Assembly (NCBI GenBank): GCA_013239625.1
Contig: MU053881.1
Location: forward strand, 6,657,957 to 6,721,956
Length of the DNA stretch: 64,000 nucleotides
Direction of reading: 5' to 3'
Source of the DNA: Lama guanicoe
Taxonomy: Eukaryota
Under the pieces are notes generated by a model. That model worked only from the letters and a program-made list of their open reading frames with translations. It searched no databases and was not told the origin of the DNA. Shown here one piece after another: positions 62,090 through 64,000 of this stretch; position 1 is the first letter of the stretch; the number at the start of each line of letters is the position of its first letter. The translations under genes and the position numbers were made by a program.

Positions 62090-62330
62090 GTAATAAGTAC
62101 CGGGGCACACACAGCTCTCCGGGTCAGGTCAGGAGAGGACAGAGAAATCCCTGGTGAGACTCTCTGCTGGAAGCCCAGAGGCGGGGCGGGAGAACTGGCG
62201 GGCAGGTGATGGATTGGTCTAACGAGCTCTGGCTGCCCCACGGCGAGCTCACTACCCTGAGAACTCGGCTCCTCCTGCTGCTGCCCGGCGCGGGCTCCAC
62301 AGGAAGACTGCAGGACACTTCCGAAACCTG
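62090..62330. promoter_or_regulatory. Small CpG-enriched promoter/enhancer-like element
   Basis: GC box GGCGGGGCGGG (62180-62190), ATTGG (CCAAT) 62213-62217, ETS-like CAGGAAG and ACTTCCG, locally raised CpG. Confidence 0.45.
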
Positions 62331-63469
62331 TTTAATGCTGACCACTGGCTTTATTTACCAATTTAAAATTTTTCTCACGTAAACCTTCTCGTCACAAAGT
62401 TAATTTACAGAAAAGGACATCATATAGAGTGTATGCCTATATTGCAAAACATATACTATAGGACACTACCTGTGAACGCCCTACCCTCTCAACCTCAGAA
62501 ACACAACAGTGACCGAGGAGATAATGTCCCCTGGGAGATACTGTCAGCCTTGCTTATACGGATGAGGGATGAGCAGGAGGGAACTGGGAGAGTAGGAAAG
62601 GTGGTTGGAGGCTGGAATCCAGCTGAGGAGTCTACAGTTTGGGGGTTATTTGAGTTTGTGGGTATCTGCCCATGTGTATGCGGTTTTATGCAGACCCCTG
62701 ACGTATCTGTTTAACAGCTCCTCCACTGCCTGGAAATTAAGCTCAATTTCCCTAACTTGCACCAAGGCCCTCACAGATCCTGGCCAAGGATGCGGGATGC
62801 AGATGTGAAGTGTCCAGGTACCTTTTTCATGGAGCCCCAGCCTAGAGGGGAGGACTGACAATAAGCAGATCCTGGCAGCAGGCAATGCCAGAAGGGGGAT
62901 AGATATGAAGGAGCCGAAAGTAAGACTCACTCTTCCTATGGCCTACAGGAGGAAAAATTTAACTAGACGAGGGGATTTGGGGGTTGGACTTTGAAGGATA
63001 AATAGGAGTCTGCCTCAAGGCCGAGGGGAGGATCATCTCAAGCAGTAGATAGACAAGGTGTAATGTTATAAATTTTAAGAACTAGGGCATGTTGTAAACA
63101 GATCCTGTGCCGGGTATTGGGGAAGAAGCCAAAAATGAATTATATATGCTGTTGCTTTGAAGATAATTTGACATACTCGGAAATAACTATGTGGGTTTAT
63201 TGTGATAGCTTAAATAAGAGCAATATAAACAATATTTCAGGACTACAGAAGTAAAATTTTGAAGACAATGCACTTATCTTCTATCAAATTTGCACAGGGA
63301 GTTCAGGTGTTGATAGAGAGGAATCAATTCTGTCTAAGGTGATGAAGGATGCTGCCCTGAGGAGTGATGTTTAAGCTGGAATTGGAAAGAGGATTCTCAA
63401 GAGCAGATCAGACAAGGGACAAGGTGCGAAATAAAGATACTGCATAGTCCAGGGTTGACTTTCCCTAAG

Positions 63470-63650
63470 AAATACCTAGAATCAAAGCCTGTCTGGGATG
63501 GAAGAGAACCCAAGGATCGCTGTGTTTTCCAATCCTTGTATTTCACAGACGGAGAAGCTGAGGCCCTGGGAAGAGAAGGAACTTGTTGGAGGCCACGCAG
63601 CTTACTGGAGGCTAACAAGACACAGCTCCATACATTGACCTGCAATTTCT
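63470..63650 (-). mobile_element. MIR/MIR3 SINE
   Basis: 'ttttccaatccttgtatttcacagacggagaagctgaggcc'. Confidence 0.6.
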
Positions 63651-64000
63651 GGGTTTTAAACAACTCTTGGATTTATAAGCACTTTGTTTTATTTTATTAG
63701 ATTTGTGTGTCACGGCTGATGCCTTTAAGGATTTCTGTTCGTGCTTTTCCAGCTCATTAAAATGTAATAATAGACTTGGGGACCATTAGGATTTCAACTC
63801 CCTGAGTCAGCACTTGGCTGCCTCTTTCAGGGAAATGCACAGGTGGGTTGGAGGGCACCACCCGGGGTCACTCCCAGCCAGCCCCAGGGGTTCCACAGGC
63901 TGCAGTCAGGGTCACTCTGAGAGTGCCCTGTGACGAGTGGAGTCACTCTGTCCACTCTCACTCCCTCCGACCTTTCTCTACAGGTGAGCTTGGTGTCCCA

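Noticed and set aside
1..64000. Assignment to a named host gene, or a novel multi-gene system
   Set aside because: No exon could be matched to a known protein and no gene cluster is visible; locus identity needs BLAT of the repeat-free blocks

Overview
Eutherian mammal genomic DNA, probably cetartiodactyl and most likely camelid. This is inferred from the young L1 3' UTRs and from seeing no Alu, B1, Bov-A/BovB, PRE-1, SINEC or ERE elements. I recognise no protein-coding gene, tRNA/rRNA or CRISPR array. The supplied ORFs look like chance frames in GC-rich DNA, or lie in repeats (L1 ORF2, LTRs, microsatellites). The window reads as intronic or gene-desert DNA packed with ancient MIR, L2, L3, MaLR (MLT1) and hAT-Charlie elements, a few younger L1 insertions and one ERV1-type solo LTR. 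Between them lie repeat-free, homeodomain-motif-rich blocks resembling conserved non-coding enhancers, and several strong CTCF motifs. I found no new multi-gene system. The most unusual structures are: an LTR-like transcript end retroposed by L1 (polyA + TSD); a tail-less head-to-head L1 ORF2 insertion with a templated filler; two plus-strand AG|GT recursive-splice-like sites; candidate unannotated exons; and an RE1/REST motif inside an L2 tail. Repeat family names come from recalled consensus sequences, and boundaries of old repeats are approximate.
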